Shown here one piece after another: positions 10,289 to 19,277 of a stretch of DNA of 64,000 nucleotides (the first letter of the stretch is position 1; each line of letters begins with the position of its first letter). The position numbers were made by a program, and so were the translations under genes. Under the pieces are notes generated by a model. That model saw only the letters and a list, made by a program, of their open reading frames with translations, did not search any database and was not told the DNA's origin. The stretch comes from Nitrospirae bacterium MYbin3 (lineage in GTDB: Bacteria > Nitrospirota > Thermodesulfovibrionia > Thermodesulfovibrionales > Dissulfurispiraceae). Where the stretch lies: contig PEAD01000015.1 in assembly GCA_002753335.1 (NCBI GenBank), forward strand, positions 1 through 64,000, written 5' to 3'.

Positions 10289-11695
10289 TTGGACAAAGAA
10301 GTAAGGGTCAGATTCGCACCAAGCCCGACAGGACATCTTCATATAGGCGGTGCCCGAACCGCTTTGTTCAACCTGCTCTTTGCCCGCCACAACAACGGCA
10401 AATTCATACTGAGAATTGAGGACACAGATACAACACGCTCTACTGATGAATATATCGAGGCGATAATACAAGGGATGAAATGGCTCAAACTCGATTGGGA
10501 TGAGGGTCCGTTCAGACAGACAGCAAGATTTGACATATACAAAAGTTATGCCGAAAAACTCCTGGGTGAAGGAAAGGCCTACCGCTGTTACTGCTCCCAG
10601 GAAGAGCTTGAGCAACGGCGTCAGGAAGCTGCAGCTCAAGGCAGGCCGCCTAAATACGACGGCCGCTGCAGAAATTCGGAACATCAGCCAGATAAACCTT
10701 TTACGGTCAGGTTCAAGACGCCGCAGGAAGGCCAAACCATTGTCAATGATTTAATAAAAGGTGTCGTTGAGTTTGAAAACAATCAGCTTGACGATATGAT
10801 AATTGTTCGCTCTGACGGAACTCCCACATACAATTTTGTGGTTGTTGTTGATGACATAGATATGAAGATTACTCATATAATCAGAGGCGATGACCACCTT
10901 AACAATACCCCTAAGCAGATCCTTATCTATAAAGCCTTTGACTGGGATCCGCCGGCGTTTGGCCATCTGCCGATGATATTGGGCGCAGACAAGGCCCGAC
11001 TGAGCAAAAGGCATGGGGCCACCTCGGTTATGGCCTACGAAGAGATGGGATATCTTCCAGACGCGCTGGTCAATTATCTTGTACGGCTCGGTTGGGCATA
11101 TGGGGATCAGGAGGTCTTCTCCCGCGATGAATTGATTAAGTTCTTCGACCTCGAAAATATCGGCAAATCAGCAGCGGTATTTAATCCAGAAAAACTGCTC
11201 TGGCTGAACGGGCAATACATTATCAATTCCACTGCAGCAGAGATTGCGGATGCTGTTCTGCCTTTTCTAGTTAAAGCAGGGATCGTCCGAAATGATGAGC
11301 ATATCGATAAAGAGTGGCTTTCTAAAGCGGTTAAAACATTACAGGAGCGCTCAAAAACTCTGATAGAACTTGCAACCTCTCTGAAATACTACATTAACGA
11401 GCATGTGGAAATAGACCAAAAAGCAAAAGAGAAATTCCTTAAGCCTGACAGCATCAAAGTTCTGGCCGAGCTTAAAGCGGAACTAGAAAATATGTCTGAT
11501 TTTAGTGCGGTTGAACTGGAGAAAGTTTTCGTTTCGCTTGCAGAAAAACTTTCGATAAAACTCGGCAGCATAGCACAGCCTGTTAGAGTGGCGATAACCG
11601 GAAGCACCGCAAGTCCTGGTATCTTTGAGGTTATAGAGATAGTGGGCAAAGACAAAACGCTGAAACGGCTGTCAAAGGTCATAGAAGGGGGATAA
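10289..11695 (+). CDS. gltX: Glutamate--tRNA ligase
   Basis: RFAPSPTGHLHIGG (HIGH motif) and RLSKR; TTG start with GAGG RBS. Confidence 0.97.
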   Translation: MDKEVRVRFAPSPTGHLHIGGARTALFNLLFARHNNGKFILRIEDTDTTRSTDEYIEAIIQGMKWLKLDWDEGPFRQTARFDIYKSYAEKLLGEGKAYRCYCSQEELEQRRQEAAAQGRPPKYDGRCRNSEHQPDKPFTVRFKTPQEGQTIVNDLIKGVVEFENNQLDDMIIVRSDGTPTYNFVVVVDDIDMKITHIIRGDDHLNNTPKQILIYKAFDWDPPAFGHLPMILGADKARLSKRHGATSVMAYEEMGYLPDALVNYLVRLGWAYGDQEVFSRDELIKFFDLENIGKSAAVFNPEKLLWLNGQYIINSTAAEIADAVLPFLVKAGIVRNDEHIDKEWLSKAVKTLQERSKTLIELATSLKYYINEHVEIDQKAKEKFLKPDSIKVLAELKAELENMSDFSAVELEKVFVSLAEKLSIKLGSIAQPVRVAITGSTASPGIFEVIEIVGKDKTLKRLSKVIEGG

Positions 11696-11696
11696 C

Positions 11697-11870
11697 ATGG
11701 CTCTAAGCAAACAACTGTTGGACATTTTAGCATGCCCTAAATGCAAAGGTGATTTGGTTTACAAAGAAAATGAACAGAGGCTGATTTGCGGAAACTGCAA
11801 ATTGGTATACCTTGTCAAAGACGACATCCCGATAATGCTGATTGATGAAGCAATTCCGCTAAAAGATTAA
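11697..11870 (+). CDS. Trm112/YcaR-family small protein (57 aa; not in the ORF track)
   Basis: Manual translation MALSKQLLDILACPKCKGDL...CGNCKLVY.VKDDIPIMLIDEA. Confidence 0.85.
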   Translation: MALSKQLLDILACPKCKGDLVYKENEQRLICGNCKLVYLVKDDIPIMLIDEAIPLKD

Positions 11871-11888
11871 GATACTGCCGGAGGCAAA

Positions 11889-12221
11889 ATGGTTCTTGAC
11901 GCAATAATAGAAAAAGAGTCTCTCTCGATAGAGATAACAGACCCTTTTAAGGCTGACATTGAAGCAATCACAAAAAAAATAGAAAATTTTGCCGCATCTA
12001 AAAAAACAGATGTTGCGGGTTGTGATATCCGCGGCTTGATACCCAAGATGATACGAGGCATTGCAGGCTGCGAAAGCGGCTGTCCTGCAAACGCAAAGAG
12101 CCTTGTTGAAAATGGATTCGCGAACTTTGAGCTGAAATATATTGAAGGCGGCATACTAGCGGCAAAGGCCTCTATTGAAGGCGGCAAAACTTTACAGCTT
12201 AAAATGTTTCCTGATTTTTAA
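11889..12221 (+). CDS. Hypothetical protein with a GCESGCP motif
   Basis: GGAGG RBS; 110 aa; co-oriented with gltX and the Trm112-family gene. Confidence 0.65.
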   Translation: MVLDAIIEKESLSIEITDPFKADIEAITKKIENFAASKKTDVAGCDIRGLIPKMIRGIAGCESGCPANAKSLVENGFANFELKYIEGGILAAKASIEGGKTLQLKMFPDF

Positions 12222-12222
12222 A

Positions 12223-13929
12223 TTATTTCGAAGAAACCTTCTGAAGCTTGGCCCATTCATCCTTGAGCGTTACGGTTCTATTGAATACAGGTTTGCCGGG
12301 CTTTGAATCCACGGTATCCGCGCAAAAATATCCGAGCCGCTCAAACTGAAAACCGTCTCCCGGTTTTGAATCTTTAAGACCCGGCTCAAGATAACACGGA
12401 TTCAACACCTCGATCGATTTGGGATTTAGATACGAGGTGAAGTCCTTGCCTTCCTCCGCATCATTAGGATTTTCTTTTGTGAACAGTGCATCATACAGTC
12501 TCACTTCAGCCTTGATAGCATGGCGCGCCGAAACCCAATGCAGCGTGGCTTTTACCTTGCGCCCATCAGGAGAATCTCCGCCGCGCGTAGCAGGATCGTA
12601 AGTACAGTGAACCTCAACAACTTCACCGCGTTCATCTTTTACAACACTTTCACATTTTATAAAATAAGCGTACCTAAGCCGCACTTCCCTTCCCGGAGAA
12701 AGTCTAAAAAATTGCTTAGGAGGATTTTCCATAAAGTCGTCTCTCTCAATATGAGGCTCCTTAGAAAACGGAACTTTCCTAGTACCTGCTGCAATGTCTT
12801 CGGGGTTGTTTATCGCATCGAGAAACTCCTCCTGCCCTTCCGGATAGTTTGTGATAACAACCTTCAGAGGCCGGAGAACAGCCATAACGCGCGGTGCTTT
12901 CTTGTTCAGGTCTTCCCGAACGCAGTATTCAAGCAGCGCAAAATCAACAAGGCTCTCTTTTTTACCAACACCGATGCGCTCACAAAGATTACGAATAGCC
13001 GCAGGTGTATATCCGCGCCTTCTCATTCCGGTCAAAGTCGGCATGCGGGGATCATTCCATCCTGTCACATGGCCTTCATTGACAAGCTTAAGCAGCCTGC
13101 GTTATGGCAACACTGTGTAGCTCATATTGAGGCGTGCAAACTCTATCTGCTGCGGATGATGTATGCCGAGTTCATCGAGGAACCAGTCATATAGAGGTCT
13201 ATGATCCTCATACTCTATCGTGCAGATGGAATGCGTAATGTCTTCGTATGAGTCAGACAAAGGATGAGCGTAGTCGTACATGGGATAAATACACCATTTA
13301 TCGCCTGTTCTGTGGTGAGCCTCTTTTTTTATCCTGTACATGACCGGATCGCGCATATTGATGTTGCCCGAGGCCATATCTATCTTGGCTCGGAGCACCC
13401 GGGAGCCGTCCTCAAACTCTCCGGCTCTCATGCGCCCGAACAAATCTAAGTTTTCTTCAACAGGTCGGTTGCGGAAAGGGCTTTCTTTGCCCGGCGCTGT
13501 AAGCGTTCCCCTGTATTCACGTATCTGCTCTGCATTCAGATCGCACACATAAGCCTTGCCTGCTTTTATCAACTGCACCGCATGGTCGTAGATTCTTTCA
13601 AAATAGTCAGAAGCATAGTAAAGCCTGTCTGCCCAATCAAAACCAAGCCAGTGTACATCTTCCATAATTGACTCAACATACTCAATGTCCTCTTTGCTCG
13701 GATTAGTATCGTCAAAACGGAAATTGCAAAGCCCTTTGAACTCGTCAGCAAGCCCGAAATTAAGGCATATGGATTTGGCGTGCCCTATATGAAGATAACC
13801 GTTCGGCTCAGGAGGAAAACGGGTCATAAGCCTGCCGCCAAACTTGCCGGTCTGCATGTCTTCGGCAGCTATCTGGCGGATGAAGTTAGACGGCACAGAT
13901 GAAGCGTTTTCGGGGTTCTGGTTTGTCAT
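12223..13929 (-). pseudogene. glnS: Glutamine--tRNA ligase interrupted by an in-frame TAA at 13102-13104
   Basis: [17 protein letters not shown] in the 5' half and [17 protein letters not shown]...QFERLGYF in the 3' half, in the same frame; the junction reads YTVLP*RRLLKLV. Confidence 0.8.
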
Positions 13930-14033
13930 TTGCGGCTCCTCGAAAAATGTTGTTAAGACTTGATATTTTACCACATTGCTCTAATCAAGCGAGCGTTTAT
14001 GCTAAAATAAAAGACCTGCTCAGTCAGGAGAAA

Positions 14034-14119
<86 letters not shown>

Positions 14120-14152
14120 TTTATTCGGACAAAAAATCCCACTCTACTACGA

Positions 14153-14815
14153 TTACTGACTGATAAGAATTACGACGCGGCGATTTTTTGCCTGGTTTGC
14201 AGATATCGGCTGGCTGTTGTTGTCTGTGTTGGGCATAAGCGGTCTGGTATCAGCCAATCCAAGCACCTGTATCTTTTCTTTGGGAAATCCCTGTTCAATA
14301 AGAAATCGTGCAACAGCGCTGGCGCGTACGGCCGAAAGTTCCCAGTTGGATGGGAATTGGGCCGACTGAATCGGTATGTTATCCGTATGACCTTCGATAG
14401 TAATCCGGTATTTCATATTCATTATGGTCGGTGCAACACTTTTCAGTATCGCAAATGCGTTCTCCATAAGATCCGCTTTCCCTAAATCGAAAAAAACGCC
14501 TTCTTTGAGTTGTATAGCAACCCCGTTAGGCCTCACCTCAAGGGCCATCGCATCCTGCCGGCTGACTATAACGGTCTCGAGCTCCTTCTTTATGTCCTGA
14601 AGATCCTTTTCCTTTTGCTGCAACCCCTTAATGTCGGTGCCGAGGGCCTTGCCTAGAGACTGGGCTATGGTCTTATACTGTTCGACATCCACGGTCGAGA
14701 CTGCAGCAATAAGAACGAAAAAACACATAAGCTGAATGACCATATCGGCAAATGCGAGCTGCCATTGTTCAGCCTCTTCTTCCCTTCTTCTCTGGAACAG
14801 CTTTTTCCTTGTCAT
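14153..14815 (-). CDS. motB: MotB/PomB-family stator subunit (TM helix plus OmpA-like peptidoglycan-binding domain)
   Basis: WQLAFADM..LMCFFV with the conserved Asp, IEGHTDN, SNWELSAVRA, NRRV. Confidence 0.9.
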   Translation of the reverse strand: MTRKKLFQRRREEEAEQWQLAFADMVIQLMCFFVLIAAVSTVDVEQYKTIAQSLGKALGTDIKGLQQKEKDLQDIKKELETVIVSRQDAMALEVRPNGVAIQLKEGVFFDLGKADLMENAFAILKSVAPTIMNMKYRITIEGHTDNIPIQSAQFPSNWELSAVRASAVARFLIEQGFPKEKIQVLGLADTRPLMPNTDNNSQPISANQAKNRRVVILISQ

Positions 14816-14831
14816 CGGATTAAAAAAATCA

Positions 14832-15608
14832 TCAGCTTCTTTTTTTAATGGAAGACCATTTGCGGGGTGGCAGATATGCCTTTAATTTGTCCATGACGAT
14901 AGGGCCGGGTGCCTTGTCCTTCATAAAAAGTATCCCGTCCCTTATTACCGACATAAGAATAATGCGCTCCTCTATCCTGCCCTCGACCTTTACAGCGATA
15001 GGAAGAAAAACCATATATGCTAAAAGAATGCCGTAGAGTGTGGCGGTAAGCGCAACAGCCATTGCAGGGCCGACCTGCTTTATATCGCCGCCCATGGTCT
15101 GCATCATGCTTATGAGCCCGATAAGAGTACCGATAAGTCCGAAGGCCGGAGAAAATTTGGCCATAGACCTAAAAACACCGGTGGATGCCATTTCCTGCTC
15201 ATACGTTTGATTTATCCTCGTATCCAATATTTCACGAAGCTCCTCTTTGGAATAACCGTCAATTAGCATCTGAACAGCATCTTTTAAAAAAATATTCTCG
15301 ATGCCGGGAAGCTCTTTTTCGAGATTAACCCTGCCTTTTGTTGTAAGCTGTTCCGAAATGTAAACCAGTTCGTGTATATAATTTCCTATAGGCAGATCTT
15401 CCCGTTTCATTACAACAAAAAAAGCGCTGAATACCTGCATCACCTGCTTAAGTGGATAACATATAAAAGTGGCCGCGATAGTGCCCCCGAGAACAATTGC
15501 TATGCCGGAGAAATTATAAAAAACACTCAGGCTTGTGGTGGCCTCTGAAGTCGCATAGGACAATATGCCGATTCCAAAAATAATACCGAGTATCGTAGCT
15601 ATATTCAA
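14832..15608 (-). CDS. motA: MotA/PomA-family stator subunit
   Basis: IVLGGTIAAT, PAFGLIGTLIGL, AVALTATLYG; the TTG start overlaps the upstream TGA. Confidence 0.9.
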   Translation of the reverse strand: MNIATILGIIFGIGILSYATSEATTSLSVFYNFSGIAIVLGGTIAATFICYPLKQVMQVFSAFFVVMKREDLPIGNYIHELVYISEQLTTKGRVNLEKELPGIENIFLKDAVQMLIDGYSKEELREILDTRINQTYEQEMASTGVFRSMAKFSPAFGLIGTLIGLISMMQTMGGDIKQVGPAMAVALTATLYGILLAYMVFLPIAVKVEGRIEERIILMSVIRDGILFMKDKAPGPIVMDKLKAYLPPRKWSSIKKRS

Positions 15609-16783
15609 GGCTTAGCACCTTTAAGGGATTTTATAAGCTGGATAAGCTCTTTTTCGATATCACCAGCTTCTATTTCATCAATCTCCTGCCGCGCAGCAAC
15701 CTGATCTTTCACAATACCAGCTATCTTTGATGAAAGGTTGGCGTAAATCTTGGACTTCGCCTCATCGCCTGCTATAAAAGTCAAGATCCCCATTTTATAG
15801 TGGCCGAGCCTTGAGAACGCCTCCTGAAGCGTGTTGCCGTCAACGTAGATAATATCATCCACTTCGGTCAGGTCTTCGATATTCAGGGAACGCCTCTTAA
15901 CCTTCTTAAAGAAACCCTCGCCGACCTCCTGAGCCCAGTCAGCAGCAGCCCGTTTGTGTATGAAGAAAATATTTTCCGGAATCTCACCGGTTCCGATTTT
16001 CTTGTAAATAAGCTCGGGGGTTGTATTTACGATATTTGCAAACTCATGTATGTCTATAAACTCTCTTTCCTGTGCAGATGTTCCGAGAGTTTGGCGGAAT
16101 TCTTCATAAAATTGCTTTGCCTTTTTCAAAAACGTTTTGGAATCCGGCATCTTTAAATATTTAACAACTTCTGATGCGCTCTTCCTCTCTATAACATCAA
16201 TTATGTTTATACTTGCCAATTTCTTAACAATCGTATCAATTTCAAGCTGTGGAATCGAGAGTATATCCCTTATCCTTTGAGAAACTTCGTGATAAGGCAC
16301 ACCCGAATCATCAGTGCCTTGTTTGGTTTGGGATAGATACATAAACTCGATTATGCTGCAGACACTCATAAACACATTGCCTACCGGCTGGTCTGAAACT
16401 TTTTTGCTTGTCCTGTGGAGCCTGTCAATAGCTGATTTGGTTATCGCCTGTATGATTTTGGGGCTTTCGCGAAGATGCTGCTCCAAAACCTCTTTGTCAA
16501 TTATTATAATCTCGCAAAAATCATCCGCCACAGCAGACGCTGTGCGGGGCTCACCGCTCAAAACACCCATCTCCCCAAAAACATGACCCGGTTTGATATG
16601 CGCAAGAGTGACCTGATTGTTGTTGACAGTTTTATAAATAGTAACCGAACCGCTCTTTACCAAAAAAGCGGTCTCACCCGTCTGCCCCTCTTTGCAGATG
16701 AGCTGTCCCTTATAAAAAGTTTTGACGTTGTAAGTACCCATAAATCTGCTCTCGCCCCCTTTCAATGCATTGAAAACTATCAT
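15605..16783 (-). CDS. Multidomain protein: cNMP-binding domain, HTH-like region(s) and FliG C-terminal-like domain
   Basis: EGQTG..FLVKSG, GHVFGEMGVL..PRTASA (cNMP). C-terminal DDIIYVDGNTLQ...KSKIYANLSSKIAGIVKDQ...IQLIKSL resembles FliG_C. Alternative start at ATG 16741. Confidence 0.75.
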   Translation of the reverse strand: MIVFNALKGGESRFMGTYNVKTFYKGQLICKEGQTGETAFLVKSGSVTIYKTVNNNQVTLAHIKPGHVFGEMGVLSGEPRTASAVADDFCEIIIIDKEVLEQHLRESPKIIQAITKSAIDRLHRTSKKVSDQPVGNVFMSVCSIIEFMYLSQTKQGTDDSGVPYHEVSQRIRDILSIPQLEIDTIVKKLASINIIDVIERKSASEVVKYLKMPDSKTFLKKAKQFYEEFRQTLGTSAQEREFIDIHEFANIVNTTPELIYKKIGTGEIPENIFFIHKRAAADWAQEVGEGFFKKVKRRSLNIEDLTEVDDIIYVDGNTLQEAFSRLGHYKMGILTFIAGDEAKSKIYANLSSKIAGIVKDQVAARQEIDEIEAGDIEKELIQLIKSLKGAKP

Positions 16784-16836
16784 AAAACATAGAAACCATG
16801 ACTTGCAATAAAATACATCCTACAAAAGTTGGCTTA

Positions 16837-17958
16837 TTATTCGCTGTTCGCTATTATCAGCCCCGCGTATGATACTAAGTGGCTGGTAACCGGAATTCCG
16901 TTTGTTAGCTGCTCCGTTGTTTTTTTTGAAAAAGAGCAAACTTTTTCGAAAAATGTTACATAGTTGTCCTGATAGGTGGATATGAGCTGTTCGTATATCT
17001 CGCGCGCTGTATTAAATTCCCTGCCTTCAGGCAGTTTTATGCCCAGTCCTTTCAACAGCTCCACCGATTTTCTAAGTTCTATAACTCCATGACGCACATG
17101 GGTCTGGGGAATACCCATAGCAATCTTTAGCATCTTTGCCCATTGCGCGCAGAGATGTATTTTTTTAAAGCCATGCGCCGCAGCCTCTTTGAATGAGAAC
17201 TCCAGATAGTCGCCCATCATCACATAAGCTTCTTCAGGAAAACCGAATTCTTTTATATGCGCTTTTTCGGAAGTTCTTCCAGAGGAAAGCACAATCTCAT
17301 CACATCCCACAGCTTGGGCCACATCCATGGCCGATTTTATAGATGCGGTCCACGCTTCTGCCGAAAGCGGCTTAACTATACCGGTTGTGCCGAGTATAGA
17401 AATGCCGCCGACAATACCGAGTCTGCTGTTGAGCGTCTTCTTCGCAAGCTCCTCGCCGTTAGTCACCAAAATTGTTACTTCTACGATAGCAGCAACACCG
17501 ATTTTGTTGATTGCTTCCTCTACCGCCTCGCGTATCATTTGGCGCGGCACAGGATTTATGGCGGCTTCGCCGACAGGTACAGATAGGCCCGGCTTTGTGA
17601 CCCTTCCAACACCTTTGCCGCCTTTTATAAGCAATAAGCTGGAGATGGGCAGTGAGCTTCTTCTCACCTCAGCAATAACCTCCGCTCCATTGGTCACATC
17701 CGGATCATCCCCTGCATCTTTTATCACCGATGCAAAAGCTGTTCCGTCATCACTTCGAAATCCTGATTCATGAATCCTGAATTTATGCCTGCTGCCATTT
17801 GGGAAAGGAATCTCAACTTCAGAAAGAGCTGCCCCGCTATTCAACAATATAAACGCAGCCGCCTTAGCAGCAGCAGCCGCGCAAGCTCCGGTGGTGTATC
17901 CGGAACGGAGCGGTCTATTTCTCGATGCCAACCCTTGCCTTGATTCCTGAATAGACAT
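16837..17958 (-). CDS. cbiD: Cobalt-precorrin-5B C1-methyltransferase
   Basis: LRSGYTTGACAAAAAKAA, KDAGDDPDVTNG, GGISILGTTGIV. Confidence 0.95.
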   Translation of the reverse strand: MSIQESRQGLASRNRPLRSGYTTGACAAAAAKAAAFILLNSGAALSEVEIPFPNGSRHKFRIHESGFRSDDGTAFASVIKDAGDDPDVTNGAEVIAEVRRSSLPISSLLLIKGGKGVGRVTKPGLSVPVGEAAINPVPRQMIREAVEEAINKIGVAAIVEVTILVTNGEELAKKTLNSRLGIVGGISILGTTGIVKPLSAEAWTASIKSAMDVAQAVGCDEIVLSSGRTSEKAHIKEFGFPEEAYVMMGDYLEFSFKEAAAHGFKKIHLCAQWAKMLKIAMGIPQTHVRHGVIELRKSVELLKGLGIKLPEGREFNTAREIYEQLISTYQDNYVTFFEKVCSFSKKTTEQLTNGIPVTSHLVSYAGLIIANSE

Positions 17959-18433
17959 AATGTTTAACGGGTTTCATTTCGGTGACAAGATCAGCAGCCT
18001 CGATGACTTTTTCATCCGCGTACCTGCCGGTGATTACCAGTTCGGTCTTTCTGTGTTTGGCTTCGATAAGAGATAAAAGGCAGTCTATCGAAATTAATTT
18101 GTGGTACGCGGCTACATTTGCTTCATCAAGAATCACAACATCAAAATCACCTGAACAAATAGCGCTGCGTATTTCATTAATTCCGCCCTGCGCAGCTTTT
18201 ATATCAAATGCAGAGGGTTTCCTTTTAAGTATAAAACCCTTTCCGAACTGCTTTAGGGTTATCAGATCGCTGAATCTTTCGAGCGCCTTATGCTCGCTGC
18301 ATTTGCGAGCCTTGATAAACTGGGCAATAAATACTTTCTGTCCAGCTCCGGCCGCCCTCAGCGCAAGCCCAAGCGCAGCGGTGGTCTTGCCTTTACCGTT
18401 GCCTGTATATACCTGAACATAACCTTTACGCAT
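17915..18433 (-). CDS. cobO: Cob(I)yrinic acid a,c-diamide adenosyltransferase (CobO/BtuR)
   Basis: VYTGNGKGKTTAALG, ILDEAN, ELVITGR. Confidence 0.93.
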   Translation of the reverse strand: MRKGYVQVYTGNGKGKTTAALGLALRAAGAGQKVFIAQFIKARKCSEHKALERFSDLITLKQFGKGFILKRKPSAFDIKAAQGGINEIRSAICSGDFDVVILDEANVAAYHKLISIDCLLSLIEAKHRKTELVITGRYADEKVIEAADLVTEMKPVKHYVYSGIKARVGIEK

Positions 18434-19277
18434 GCAGTCTCAATATCTCCCTGCGCGCTTCGCCAACCGTAAGAGGAACTTTTCCAAAACTCATCTTGTC
18501 CTCATGCTTAAGCTTGTAAATCAGCTCCGCAATCTGCGGAAGCCGCAGCTTTACATTCGCCATTTCATCAGGTGCCGTAAAAACTTGTTCGGGTGAGCCC
18601 CCGCGGGCAACACTGCCTTTACTCAAGATATAAAGCTTGTTCAAAAAAATCGGCACAAGGTCCACGCTGTGGGTAGACATTACAATCGTCACATTCCTTT
18701 CCCTGTTCAAAGCCGTAAGCAGATTCATCATTTTGTATTCACCCATGGGATCAAGGCCTGCGGTGGGCTCGTCAAGAAGAAGTATATCATGGCCCATCGC
18801 AAGCAATCCGGCAATGCAAACCCTCTTTTTCTGTCCAAAACTCAGATTGTGAATCGCCTTTTTCGCATAGCGCTCCATCTCAACATCTTTAAGGGCTGTG
18901 TTAACCCTGCGAGAGACTTCGCTCTCATCAAAGCCCATATTCATCGGCCCGAAGGCCACATCTTCAAACACAGTAGTCGCAAAAAGCTGATCGTCAGGGT
19001 TTTGGAATACAAGCCCCACTTTCCTGTAAATCTCTTTTGGAGAAAGAGTCCTGATGTCTGCACCGTCAAGCAAAATATTACCGTTACAGTTTTTTATCAA
19101 ACCATCCATCACCTTCAAAAGCGTTGTCTTGCCCGAACCATTGCTGCCAAGGATGCCCACAAAATCTCCGGTTTTTACATCAAAATTTATACCCGAAAGT
19201 GCGGTCGTCCCGTCCGGATACTTAAAAGATTCTATCCTGACCGCAAGCCTTGTTTCTTTCCTGCTTATATCCGCCAC
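18426..19277 (-). CDS. cbiO: Cobalt ECF transporter ATPase
   Basis: Walker A GSNGSGKT, FQNPDDQLF, LSFGQKKR, LLDEPT. Confidence 0.92.
   Translation of the reverse strand: MADISRKETRLAVRIESFKYPDGTTALSGINFDVKTGDFVGILGSNGSGKTTLLKVMDGLIKNCNGNILLDGADIRTLSPKEIYRKVGLVFQNPDDQLFATTVFEDVAFGPMNMGFDESEVSRRVNTALKDVEMERYAKKAIHNLSFGQKKRVCIAGLLAMGHDILLLDEPTAGLDPMGEYKMMNLLTALNRERNVTIVMSTHSVDLVPIFLNKLYILSKGSVARGGSPEQVFTAPDEMANVKLRLPQIAELIYKLKHEDKMSFGKVPLTVGEARREILRLHA

Noticed and set aside
13102..13104. Recoded stop (Sec/Pyl) or programmed frameshift in glnS
   Set aside because: The codon is TAA, the expected residue is Lys, and both halves are already in the same frame.
12520..13194. Long antisense ORFs (e.g. 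12520-13194, 18669-19379, 39412-39972, 10190-10735)
   Set aside because: They are shadows of well-supported genes on the opposite strand and have no recognisable motifs.
14153..15608. Zorya (ZorAB) anti-phage system or ExbBD/TolQR
   Set aside because: MotA is a normal 258 aa with no long cytoplasmic tail, MotB has the flagellar-type W..FAD motif and an OmpA-like domain, and no ZorC/D/E-like genes are adjacent.
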